64,000 bases of DNA from Lama guanicoe. Taxonomy: Eukaryota. The translations under genes and the position numbers were made by a program. Positions within the stretch are counted from its first letter, which is position 1; each line of letters opens with the position of its first letter. The notes beneath the pieces were generated by a model that did not search any database, was not told where the DNA came from, and worked only from the letters and a program-made list of their open reading frames with translations. Of the stretch, positions 27,430 to 39,357 are shown piece by piece. Where the stretch lies: assembly GCA_013239625.1 (NCBI GenBank), contig MU053645.1:1356274-1420273 (forward strand). Direction: 5' to 3'.

Positions 27430-27780
27430 AAGAAAACAATTCCATTTATAATAACATCAAATGAATAAAATATTTAAAATAGATTTATCAAAAGAAGAGG
27501 ATGGCTCATACTAAAAAAACAAAACACCACTGAAAGAAATTAAAGAAAACTTGAAATCGAAAATATATGTGTTCATGATAACCTAATATTGTTAAGATGA
27601 TGATATTCACCCAAATTAATCTACTGATTCAGTACAATCTCTGCCAAAATTCCAATAGCCTTTTTTTTTTCAGAAATGGAAAAGCTGGTCCTCAAATTCA
27701 GATAGAATTGCAGGGGGCCCTGCATGGTCAAAACAATCTTGGAAAAGAAGTTAAAAGTTAGAGTCTCACATTTCTCCATT
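27430..27780 (+). mobile_element. Old L1M ORF2 fragment
   Basis: caattccatttataataacatcaaa..ctgaaagaaattaaagaa..aatattgttaagatg..aaaacaatcttggaaaagaag. Confidence 0.8.
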
Positions 27781-27910
27781 TCTTTTTTTTTTCCTTTTTT
27801 AGTTTTATTAGGTAGAATCAGTACACTTTGACTGCACATATACATTATATTGTATATAAATACACATATACAAATACTGCACATTTTTTTAAATTACAAT
27901 ATATGTATAG

Positions 27911-28036
27911 CAGAGTTTCTTAACTGTGGGATTGTTGACATCTTGGGCCAGATAATCCTTTGCTGTTGGGGGGCTGCCCCATGCATAGTAGGCTGTTTAG
28001 CAGCATCCCTGGGCTATAGCCACTAGTTGCCAGTAG
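27911..28036 (-). mobile_element. MER20 (hAT-Charlie), partial
   Basis: ttgacatcttgggccagataatcctttg..tgtttagcagcatccctgg..ccactagttgccagtag matches recalled MER20 in reverse orientation. Confidence 0.85.
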
Positions 28037-28489
28037 AAAGAGATACAGTTAGACTGAGCCATGGGAAAGATGGTCCTGGAAAAGCAGAAAAGTGGGGTAC
28101 CCTTGGCAAACAGAGGGTAACCTGAATACGTTAGATGCCAGTGAGGTTAAGGAAAAAAACTTTGCCTACTTAAAAATGACTGAGGGAGGGTAGGTGGGTA
28201 TAGGGAAGTCTGTTAATTGACAATATTTTAAAGGATTCTTAACTCATTAACCCTGCTTATTCTCCAGTTTGGCACAAGAGTTATTTATTTCTGAAATTTT
28301 TTTCTGTGACCTAATCGATTTCTCTGAGATTTCTTCTGTGCTTTCATTCGCTCTTTAAGCCACACAATGAAGTCAAAGTACCTCATATCAGTGACTGTAT
28401 AACCCTTTGGGGAGGGGAAAACTTTTCAGTTTAGTATTTTGACCCTAAGCTATCCAACAATAGGCCTTAGACCTTAGGACTTTTATGAT

Positions 28490-28740
28490 TATAGTTTCCA
28501 TTTATTTTGTGCCTACCATGTGCCAGGCACCATACATACGACTTAACTCATACTTTTGCTTTAATCCTCACAACAGCTCTCATTAAAATGCCTGTAAGAA
28601 AGATATTATAATCTTCACTTTCTACATGAAACTGAAGCTCAGGAAAGTTGAGTGACTTAAGCAAAGCTGCATGGCTAAGAAGTGGCAGCTTCAAACATAG
28701 GTCTGCCTGATCTAGGAATCTGCTCTGTTCACAGTGCCTC
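28490..28740 (-). mobile_element. MIR
   Basis: taccatgtgccaggcac..ttaatcctcacaacagc..gaaactgaagctcagg. Confidence 0.8.
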
Positions 28741-29042
28741 CCACGGTGGGGCTATGCTCCCTGCTTCAAAGCAGATTCCACCTGAAGAAGAGCGAAGAGC
28801 TGAACTGGAGGTCCCTTTTAGTCCAGGGACTTGGGTGGAAGAGGGATGCTGTGGGGCAGAGGGCTGGAAACCGAGTCAGGAGAGCATACCAGACCACTTA
28901 TGCTGAATTTCCAAGTCTAAGCACCTCCTCACTCTGATTTGGCTCAGTCACTGAGTCTTGCTACCTAGAGTTGAGATAGTATGGGATACCAGTATTGTCT
29001 GAACGAGTAGGGTGCCCTGCTGGTTACCACACAACCTTCAAA

Positions 29043-29350
29043 CTAATGGTTCTCCAAGTCTGGTCCTGAACCAATAAGATGACCAACCATCCTGGTTTGC
29101 CTCAGATTGCCCCAGTTTTCAGCACTATAGGTCCCTAGTTCTGTAAAACTCCCCAGTCTCAGGCAAGCTAGGATGATTAGTTACCCTATGACTCGCAGCA
29201 CCAGCATCACCTGGGAAGTTGTTAGAAATACAAGGTCGTGGGTACCATTCTAGATCTAGCGAATCAGAACCTCTGAGGGTGGTGCTTGGCAATCTGTTTT
29301 AACAAGTCCTCCAGACGATTCTGATGAACGTGACAGTGTAGGAAACTCTG
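29043..29350. mobile_element. MER5A with nested MER81
   Basis: tggttctccaagtctggtcc..[insert]..cagcatcacctgggaagttgttagaaata..ttttaacaagtcctccag..gattctgatg. Confidence 0.8.
29075..29188. mobile_element. MER81 (hAT-Blackjack MITE, 114 bp)
   Basis: Imperfect TIRs taagatgaccaaccatcctggtttgcct ... aggcaagctaggatgattagttacccta. Confidence 0.8.
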
Positions 29351-31300
29351 TCTAAAGTACTTTTTTTTGGATGAGTGGGGAAAGTGCTCAGTTGTCCTTT
29401 TGCTTTTCTCTGAAACTCCAAAGAAAACATGTCATTGAAAGAAAGCCTGTTGCTGCATTTTGTTTCGTTTTCTCTCTAAGGTTGAATGGAATTACTAATA
29501 AGCCAGAGCTTTGTGTAAAATGAATAAATCCATTAGGCAGAAATATTCATTGAACACCTACTATGCATCACTATGCATTGCATCACTGTCCCTAATGTTC
29601 TTCCTTCTTAATTTCGGCAGTTGCATTGTCCATAGTATTGGACACTATTTCTTAGTGAATATTAATCAGGAATATAGCACTCTGGGCAAGATTTTGAAGG
29701 TTTCATGATTAGCTAGATAGTTTTTCTACGTTGCCTTTACGAATGTAGTGTACTCCTCTATAGGGTTAAAAGGTTAGAATAGAAACAAAAGCTTGTGTGT
29801 GTACGTGAGTGTGTGTGCACAGACACACACAAGTGAACATTTTGGTAAAATAATACTACTGTACCTTGCAGTCCTCAGCTTTAACCTGAGCAGATGGAAA
29901 CTGTGCCATGAATATTATAAGAAGATGCATTGACAGAAATCAACAGGAACCATGAGATTCGGGGTGTTAGAACTGAAGGCCTAACAGACCAAAGGGGCCT
30001 AAGAACAGAAGTGAAGGATGATCACTAATAAAATCACATAGCAAAAAGAGCGAAGAGTGACCTGGAGAAAGGAGGATTTCAGATCACGCCAGGTGCTGTG
30101 CAGAGCACTGAGGACCCTGCCTGGCATTTGGAGGGGAGCAGTCCTATCCGTGAGGCCTCTGCCTAGGAGACAGGGAGCTGTAAATATCTTTCAGTCCCTT
30201 CCCAAAGGGTGACACTGAACCCAGGGTCAGGAAAGCTCCCAGTTGTCTTGGATCTACATGTTGATTGTGCAAGGCCCAAGTGTTCTCTGACTGTAAAAAA
30301 TTGTGTGTGGCCAACTGTAATTGAATTGTAACTGATCAATAGAGATCTCTGGGTTAAAAGTTCTATGTATCTGTTCCGATAGGCTTGCTGTTACCATGCC
30401 TGGCTAACAAAAGAGTAAGATAGCAAGCACACGCTTTTAAGTTCTATTTAATGAAACTGAATGAAGAATAGGAATGGTTCAAAATGCAACATACTTGACT
30501 CTAGTCAATATTTCAATTATCTCGATTAAATTATGTTGTAAACTGGGCTGACTAGCACTACATTAGCTCACTAAATTTGACAGTCTGACCACCTTGTGCC
30601 AAGGGTGGCATCTAAGTGCCCTCATTTATATGCATTAGATTCACTCATGGAGGCTTCCCTGGGAGAAAAATAAAACTCATAATACTAAAAAAAATAACCA
30701 CAGGGAAGACAATACAATAATAATTCTGAGGAACAATATCACAATTTTGCCTTCAAGTTCTGTCAGAATAAAAGCAAACCTACTTTAGGCAGGAACTCGT
30801 AAACATAACAGGCAGATGGTATGTGGAAATTCATACAGCTTTAGGAAAAGACAATAATGTGCTTTGTGTCCACAGAGCTCCTTCTTTGAAAGGCGGTCTA
30901 ATCCCCAGACGTGTGTGCTGTCTCTTCAGCGCAGCCCTCCGAGTCTGGGTTCAGGTAGGTATGTAGTGGAAGGGTTTGGCAAGGTCATACCCTGTACATC
31001 ATTCGGGAGCCTGAGAAAGATTTGGGCCTTCAGATAAAATGGACACCTCCTGCTTGCTCCCCTCCACACGCTATGGCTGCCTGCCAGGCAACAGAAGCAA
31101 GGCTGACCTCTATTAGACACCCATTCATTGATTCATGTAATCAGATTTTACATTCCCTTAGTGAAGAGCTTCTCAGCCATGGATGCATTTTAGAATCAAC
31201 AGCGGAGCTTTTAAAAATTACTGACATACCCAGATATTCTGATTTTTTTCATTGGAAGAATAAACAATATCATTTATTAAGCATAAACTTTTGGGGTTTT

Positions 31301-32950
31301 TTACTAGAGCTGATTGAAGAATTCAGCAAGGTAGCAGGTTACAAAATTAATGTTCAAAAATCAGTTGCATTTCTTTACACTAATGATAAATCAACAGAAA
31401 AAGAAAGTAAAGAAACAATCCCCTTTAAAACAGCACCCAAAGTAATAAAATATCTGGGAATAAATCTAACCAAGGAGGTGAAAGAATTATACACAGAAAA
31501 CTATAAACCACTGATGAAGGAAATTAAAGAAGACTTTAAAAAATGGAAAGATATTCCATGCTCTTGGATTGGAAGAATCAATATTGTTAAAATGGTCACA
31601 CTGCCCAAGGCAATCTACAGATTTAATGCAATCCCTATCCAATTACCCAGGACATATTTCACAGAACTAGAACACATCATAATAAAATTTATATGGAACC
31701 ATCAAAGACCTAGAATTGCTAAAGCATTACTGAAGAGAAAGAAAGAGGCTGGAGGAATAACTCTCCCAGACTTCAGACAATACTATAGAGCTACAGTCAT
31801 CAAGACAGCATGGTATTGGTACCAAAACAGACATATGGACCAATGGAACAGAATAGAGAGCCCAGAAATGAACCCACAAACCTTTGGTCAACTGATCTTC
31901 GACAAAGGAGGCAAGAATATACAATGGAATAAAGACAGTCTCTTCAGCAAATGGTGTTGGGAAAACTGGACAGCAGCATGTAAAACAATGAAGCTAGAAC
32001 ACACCCTTACACCATATACAAAAATCAACTCAAAATGGATTAAAGACTTAAACATAAGACAAGATACAATAAACCTCCTAGAGGAAAACATAGGCAAAAC
32101 ATTATCTGACATACATTTCAAAAATTTTCTCCTAGAAGAAATAAAAGCAAGAATAAACAAATGGGACCTAATGAAACTTACAAGCTTCTGCAGAGCAAAG
32201 GAAACCAGAAATAAAACAAGAAGAAAACCTACGGAATGGGAGAAAATTTTTGCAAGTGAAACCGACAAAGGCTTGATCTCCAAAATATATAAGCAGCTCA
32301 TACGACTCAATAAGAAAAAAATAAACAACCCAATCCAAAAATGGGCAGAAGACCTAAACAAGCAATTCTCCAAGGAAGACATACAAATGATCAAAAAGCA
32401 CATGAAAAAATGTTCAATATCACTAATTATCAGAGAAATGCAAATCAAAACTACAATGAGGTATCACCTCACACCAGTCAGAATGGCCGTCATTCAAAAA
32501 TCCAAAAATGACAAATGCTGGAGAGGCTGTGGAGAAAGGGGAACCCTCCTACACTGCTGGTGGGAATGCAGTTTGGTGCAGCCACTATGGAAAACAGTGT
32601 GGAGATTCCTCAAAAGACTAGGAATAGACTTACCATATGACCCAGGAATCCCACTCCTGGGCTTGTACCCAGAAGGAAATCTACTTCAGGATGACACCTG
32701 CACCCCAATGTTCATAGCAGCACTATTTACAATAGCCAAAACATGGAAACAGCCTAAATGTCCATCAACAGGTGACTGGATAAAGAAGAGGTGGTATATT
32801 TATACAATGGAATACTACTCAGCCATAAAAACCGACAACATAATGCCATTTGCAGCAACATGGATGCTCCTAGAGAATGTCATTCTAAGTGAAGTAAGCC
32901 AGAAAGAGAAAGAAAAATACCATATGAGATCGCTCATATGTGGAATCTAA
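31301..32950 (+). pseudogene. L1 ORF2 C-terminal 549 codons, uninterrupted
   Basis: [17 protein letters not shown]...SLICGI*. Lacks the endonuclease and the FADD motif. Confidence 0.95.
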
Positions 32951-33272
32951 AAAACAAAAACAAACAAACAAACAAAAACAAAGCATAAATACAGGACAGA
33001 AATAGACTCATGGACAGAGAATACAGACTTGTGGTTACCAGGGGGGTAGAGGGTGGGAAGGGATAGACTGGGATTTCAAAATTGTAGAATAGATAAACAA
33101 GATTACACTGTATAGCACAGGGAAATATACACAAAATGTTATGATAAATCACAGAGAAAAAAATGTGACAATGAGTGTGTATATGTCCATGAATGACTGA
33201 AAAATTGTGCTGAACACTGGAATTTGACACAACATTGTAAAATGATTATAAATCAATAAAAAATGTTAAAAA
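31301..33272 (+). mobile_element. Young LINE-1 copy B, 5'-truncated (~2.0 kb), with 16-bp TSD
   Basis: Open ORF2 C-terminus plus 3' UTR. TSD aaacttttggggtttt (31285-31300) / aaacttttggagtttt (33273-33288). Confidence 0.97.
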
Positions 33273-33288
33273 AAACTTTTGGAGTTTT

Positions 33289-35030
33289 TAGCTAACAGAC
33301 TTACTGAGATACAATTTACATACTATACAACTCACTCATTTAAGGTGTCTAATTCAACAGCTTTTAGTATATTCACAGTGTTGTACAACCAACACCACAG
33401 TCCATTTTGGAACATTTCCATCAACCCGAAAAGAAACCCTGACCTGAGACAATGCCAGCCCTGACTTACACTACCTGTGCAACCTTGGGCAAGTTACTTA
33501 ACCTTCAGTACTTTGATCCCTTAACTGTAGAATTTGACTAATAATACATTTTTACTTGGCATTTGTGAAAATTAAATTAAATGATGTAAATTTTAAAAAG
33601 AAAGAAACTCTCCACTCTTTAGCTATCACCATCACCCTCGGGGCCCAGATCCCCACACTAACTCTAGGTAAATTCGAATCTACTTTCTGTCTCTATAGAT
33701 TTACTTATACTGGGCATTTCATGTAAATGGAATCATACATACGTGGCCTTCCATGTCTGGCTACTTTCATTACTATAGTGTTTTCAAAGTTCATCTAGAC
33801 TGTAGCATGAATCAATACTTCAGTCCTTTTTATGGCCAAATAATACTTCATTGTAAAAATACACCATGTTTTGTTTATCCATTCTTCAGTTGATGGACAT
33901 TCATATTCTTTCCACCCTATGGCTGTTATGATAATGTTGATATTAACATTTGTGTACAGTTTTTGTATTGATGTATGTTTTCAACTTTGGGAGGTATATA
34001 CTAGGAGTACATTTGCTGGGCCAAATGATGACTCTATATTTAACTTTTTGAAGAAGTTCCAGAATATTTTCCAAAGTGGCTGTACCAATTTACATCCCAC
34101 CAATACTATATGAGGTTTCCAATTTCTCCACATCCTCACCAACACTTCTTACTATCTGTCTTTTCGATTATAGCTATTCCAGTGGGTATGAAGAAATATC
34201 TCATTTTGGTTTTAATTAGCATTTCCTTTATGACTAATGATGTTGAGCATCTTTTCATGCACTTATTGGTCATTTGTTTATTTTCTTTGGAGGAAAGTCT
34301 TTCTGATCCTTTGCCTATTTTAATTGAGTTGTTTGTCTTTTTTATTATTGAGTTGGAAATATTCTTTATATATTCTAGATATATATGATTTATAAACATT
34401 TTCTCACATTTTATCAGGTGTGTTTTCACTTTCTTGATAGTGTCCTTGGATTCAGAAAAGTTTAAAATTTTTGAGAAGTTCAATTTACCTATTTTTTCTT
34501 TTGTCACTCATACTTTCAGTGTCATATCAAATAATTTATTGCCAAGTTCAAGATCATGAAGATTTATCCCTATGGTTTCTTCCAAGAATTTTGTAGTTTT
34601 AGTACTTACACTTAGGTTTTTGATCCATAAGAAGAAGTTAATTTTTGTATATGGTATGAGGCAGGGGTCCAAATTTTCCTTTGCATATAGATATCCTATT
34701 GTCTCAGCACCATTTGTTGGAGAGAATACACTTTTTCCTCATTGAATGATCTTGGCACTCTTGTTAAAAAAGAATTGACCATAGATGTATGGGTTTATTT
34801 CTAGACTCTGAATTCTTTTCTGTTGATCTATATGGCTATCCTCATGCTAGGAACATACAATTTTGGTTATTGTAGCTTTTTAGTAAATTTTGAAATAAGG
34901 AAGTGGGATTCTCTATCTTGTTCTTCTTTTTCAAATTTTTTTTTGCTATTCAGAGTTCCATGTAATTCCATATGAATTTGGAGATCAGCATGCCAATTTC
35001 TACTAAGAAGCCAGCTGAGATGCTGATAGG
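33289..35030 (-). mobile_element. Old L1MB-type element (3' UTR plus ORF2 end)
   Basis: ctgagatacaatttacatactatacaactcactcatttaagg..; minus ORF 34136-34507 has degenerate ORF2 (KCMKRCSTSLVIKEMLIKTKMRY). Confidence 0.9.
33441..33600 (+). mobile_element. MIR-like segment flanked by 11-bp direct repeats, inside the L1MB-type element
   Basis: accttgggcaagttacttaacct core. Flanks aaagaaaccct (33430-33440) / aaagaaactct (33601-33611). Confidence 0.65.
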
Positions 35031-35345
35031 GCAGAGCTTCTTATTTAACTGGTCATTCTAAAAATTTATTGAAGAATTACTGTGGATAAGGACTGTGCCA
35101 GGTATTGGAGATACAGCACTAAACACAACACAGTGCCTACCTTTGGGTAATTTACAGTCCAGCACTTCCTCAAGGGTATATACAGGAGACCTAAGTAGGA
35201 TGCCAGACACATTATTAAGGTCCAGTTTAGCCCAACACATGGCTCTAATTCGGCTGCTGCTTACTTTTCTCCCTAAAGTCAACAGGAAAGGAATCATGTT
35301 GGATGGAATGAACAGCAGGTATTTTACAAAAAGGAACCACCAGTA

Positions 35346-35535
35346 TTTTTTAATTGAAGTATAGTTCATTTCCAATGTCATGTTAGTTTCTGGTGTACAG
35401 CAAAGTGACGCCATTATATTATTTTCCATTATGGCTTATTACAGGATATTGAATATAATTCACTGTGCTATACAGTAGGACCTTGTTTATCTATTCTGTA
35501 TCAGTCGTTAGTATCTGCTAATCCCAAACTCCTAA
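35346..35535 (-). mobile_element. Short L1 3'-end fragment
   Basis: tttttaattgaagtatagttc..gctatacagtaggacc..atcccaaactcctaa. Confidence 0.85.
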
Positions 35536-36437
35536 CACAAGTGCTGGCTGCTGCTATCACTGTCCTTGAGATCTGACTTAAACAGATCCCAGTGGCCTCA
35601 AAATGACTCTCTTACAGAAACACAACAGGATCAGATTCACTCACAAAGCGCATACCCATGGATCTTATGTTTGTCTAGAAACAGAAAGGAGCAGCCGTGG
35701 CAGGAACTCCCAAAAAACTGTATCTTGGGACTTGGCCCAATGTTAAAGCAGACCACCTTCCTCACTCCTAGCTTCCAGCAGGAAAGCATCCCTCTAAATA
35801 TTCCTGATCTCTCTTTACCTTCTTACTTACTGTTCCCTGGCAGAGGAGATTTTATGGGTAGTAAAAATGAGGGAGAATAAATGCAACAGGCTTGACTTGA
35901 GACATTATTCCTTCCTCTTTGCGAACCAGCCTGCCATTTGAAAGCACTTTTTGGGCCAGGCTCCAAGCTCAGCATTAAAGGTGCTGCCCACGCAGGATAC
36001 ATCTGTGGTAGCGCAGTGTCTGTTGTAGCTGGATGGGCACACCTGTCTAATCCTGGAGTTCACTTAGCAAACCCATTTGGCTCGCATACTCAGTCGTCTC
36101 CCCCAAGCTAGATTTTATCAGGACTAAAGGCAATGTTTTGTACTTCATCTGCTTTACAATTCAATTGCTTCAGAGCTTGGGTAGGGAAGACAGTGCTATT
36201 TATTCTCCTCCTCAAAATCTCAACTCCCAAACTGCTTGAGTTCCCATAGTCTAAAAGTAACCACCAAATATAGAGCTATCTTTTTTTTCATTCCACAGGT
36301 GAGGCTCTAGGGCAGGGAGAATACTAAGAAACATAGTCCACATTCCCTGAAAGCCCAGACTACACTAATATCTAGAACAGCAGACAAGTCTGACGAATAA
36401 GGCATTTAGCAAAATTCCCTTACCCTGTGTTTTGGTG

Positions 36438-36675
36438 AGGCAACATAGTGTAGTGTCTTAAGAGCACCAGCTCTGGAGGCAGAATGCCTGGTTTGAATCC
36501 CAGCTCATTATCAGCTGTGTGACTTTGAGCAAGTTATTTTACTTCTCACTGCCTCAGTTTCCTGTCATGGAAAATTAAATGGGTTGTTATGAAAATTAAA
36601 TGTGTTCATGAATGTCAACTGCTTAGGACAATGCCTGGCATGTAGCAAGTACCATGTCAGTGCTTGTTAGCATTG
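36438..36675 (+). mobile_element. MIR
   Basis: catagtgtagtgtcttaagagcacc..gctgtgtgactttgagcaagtta..gcctcagtttcct. Confidence 0.88.
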
Positions 36676-37236
36676 TCAGTGGATGGATTCTGCACATGAA
36701 TCTATTGAATAAGAGCTGGCCCCTGCTCCAAAAAGGGACAATCACTCATTCTTGTGGAAATTCAAAAAATATTCTTGCTCACTGGCAGTATTAATGATAG
36801 CAGTGAAACCAGGAGAGCTTAGGACAGGAGAGTGATTACTATTCACCACAGAGGAATATGCACGACTCTAATGAATGAATTGGTTCATTACTCTTCTCAG
36901 CTTAGATAGTAGGTTAGACTGTCCATCCTTTACTGGGATGGAATGTAGGATCCAGGAACCATTCTCAAATCTTGTTGAGTTGGTCTTTGAGGAGAATCAT
37001 TTTCAAATTAAACTGTAGTTTCTACTAATAGCTTGTTAGTTTCCAAAACTGTATTTTCTTTTTTTTAAGAGCACATCCTTTATATTTAAAGGTAACAAGG
37101 AGCATTTATCCTGTGCCAATCTGGTATCCAATTTTTAACTCATATTTCTCTCTCCCTCTTGTAACTATGCATGTTACACCAAACTCAGAGAATTCAAACT
37201 GTATCATCTTTGATTAAAATGCAATTAGGCGTTGTG

Positions 37237-37266
37237 CACACACACACACACACACATACACACACA
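37237..37266. repeat. Imperfect (CA)n microsatellite
   Basis: Directly visible. Confidence 0.9.
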
Positions 37267-37406
37267 TGTAAGTGTGTTTATCTATCTTCAAAAATAGGTA
37301 AACTGGTTTCCATGTATCCTTGATATATTCTTGCTTTTGGAGAGGATTTTGAGATAAGGACTTTTGAAGGTGGCTTGGATGTCATCAAGTTTCTATACAA
37401 AGGTCA

Positions 37407-37618
37407 TAATAATAATAGCCAACAGTTCCTGAGTGCCTGCTATATGCCAGGCCCGGTGCTACATGAATATCTCATTTGCTACTCAAAACAACCCCATAAG
37501 GTGGATACCATTATGATCTCCACTTGACATATGTGAAAACTGAAGCATAAAGAGGTTAAGTAAATTACCCAAAGTCAGAGAACTAGCAAGTGACAGAACT
37601 GAGACTGAAACCCAGCCT
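37407..37618 (-). mobile_element. MIR
   Basis: tatatgccaggcccggtgct..gaaaactgaagcataaagaggttaagtaaattacccaaagtca. Confidence 0.85.
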
Positions 37619-38159
37619 CCCCCTCCAATGCCCTCTGTCAACAGTGTTCTTTCCATTCAGGTGGGACTCTGGCTATTTGCTAGGCACAAAGGCTATAGGA
37701 GACAGAAGGAGGGCTTTGCTAGGCACAGAGGGTAAAGGTTAGCTTAATTCATCTCCCTGCCAGGGAGAGGAAAGAAAGATGTGGCTGGCCCTTATCTGCC
37801 AAGTCTCTCACTGCATGTAAGAAATTGGAATTGAGAGTGTGCAATGTTCCAGACACTGTGTCAAGCCCCCTACACTAAATGTCCTCCTTTTTGCTAAGCT
37901 ATGTCTCTCTTGTGCTTCACAAGCTCATTTCAAGACCTCTCTTCCAAGAGGCTGAGCCTAATTCAAGTCATTCAGCTCTGCTGAGCATGCTCTCAGCACC
38001 CCCTCTTTACTCTGCATGCTCCCACAGTAGCACAGAAGACGATGCACACAGTAAGAATTCACCCAATGCTATGGATGGCCTGACCCCTAAGTACAAAGTA
38101 GGGAAGAGGTCATTCTATGCAGAGACACCAGGCCCAGGTGGAGGAGAGAACAGCCAGGA

Positions 38160-38420
38160 GGTTAGGGTTACAGTCAGGGACAAGGGCTTTGGAGTCAAGC
38201 ACATCTGAGTTTGTAAACTGGCTTTACCACTTATAGCTGCATATAGTTTGGGCAAGTTACTTAACCTCTCGCCACCTCAGTTTGCTCATGTGTGAAATGG
38301 GGATGATAACAACCGAAATCTCACAGTGTTGCTGTGAGAATTCAGTGATAAGCTGCACATTAATCACGCAGCACAGAGACTGGCATATAAAAACCACTCA
38401 CTGGGAGCCGCTCATATCAT
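38160..38420 (+). mobile_element. MIR
   Basis: ggctttggagtcaa..ttgggcaagttacttaacctctc..cctcagtttgctcatgtgtgaaatggggatgata. Confidence 0.88.
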
Positions 38421-38859
38421 TAATAATCTAATGAAATACCCATAAGTCCTTCTCAGGGGCACACCTCGCAGTGGGGCTCAGCTTTTATACTGTAATTTCA
38501 GTCCTTTCTCCGGCACCAGTCCCTGAAACCCAAGGCTGCTGAGGATGATTCCTGCCTCACTGCATTTCAGCTGTCTGCTCCCAGCTAACTGTCTACCCGG
38601 GGTCAGCCATCAGCTGTGGAGCCTCATCCTGATGCCTCCCACTGCTCAGCTGCACGGGAATGGCCACATCCGCAGCAGCGGGAGTGGGCAGTCACCACCT
38701 CAGCTGGTCCTCAGTGTCCATCACTTTTCAGTTCACTGAAGTTATTTTCACAACATTCACAACACTATGTCACTGGTGGATGGAGTCTCTGAGCAATAAC
38801 AGTATCTCAGTGGTCTGTTGACATTTTTTCAGTGAGTATGCTGGTATCAGCTTAACAGT

Positions 38860-39357
38860 AATGCCCTAGACCCAGGCAAGAGGCCCACATTTTAGAGGAC
38901 CCCACTCTGGCTCTCCTCTGGTCGCACCTCTCCTCACAGAGTGAAGAGTCTACTGGTCTCAGGGGACATGACCACTTAGAATCCAGACTCTCAGTTTGTA
39001 GACTGAAGTCCATGTAGATAGAACCCAGAATTCTCTGCCCAAAAGCACGAAGCCCATACTAGGGGGTCTGCACAAGCCTCTTCCCCAGGGCTATCCTCCA
39101 AGGGGTGGACAGTGCCACAGTCGTACACACCCTGAGCCTGCTGGGTGACCCAGGGCCAGCTGCTTAAGCTAGGGGAGTGCTGCATGGAACTTGGACATAC
39201 ATTCTGGCACATCCATGAGTGTGTGTGTGAGGCCTCGGGTAGTACAGAAGGAGAACCAGGGGTAGAAAGATGAGGGGACAGGGGTTTGCAGGCTACAGGC
39301 CAGAGGCCTCCACTTATAACTTTGCCCTGTGCCCTACCAATGTAAGAAGCAAGACTG
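38860..39357. mobile_element. hAT-Tip100-group DNA transposon fossil (subfamily uncertain)
   Basis: The end ggcctccacttataactttgccctgtgccc..atgt is a reverse-complement analogue of the MER115-type terminus at 23833. Confidence 0.45.

Noticed and set aside
31888..32448. Hydrophobic 186-aa antisense ORF (also 44894-45454, 1608-1967, 61068-61289)
   Set aside because: It is the antisense shadow of A-rich L1 ORF2 and recurs only because the L1 copies are near-identical.
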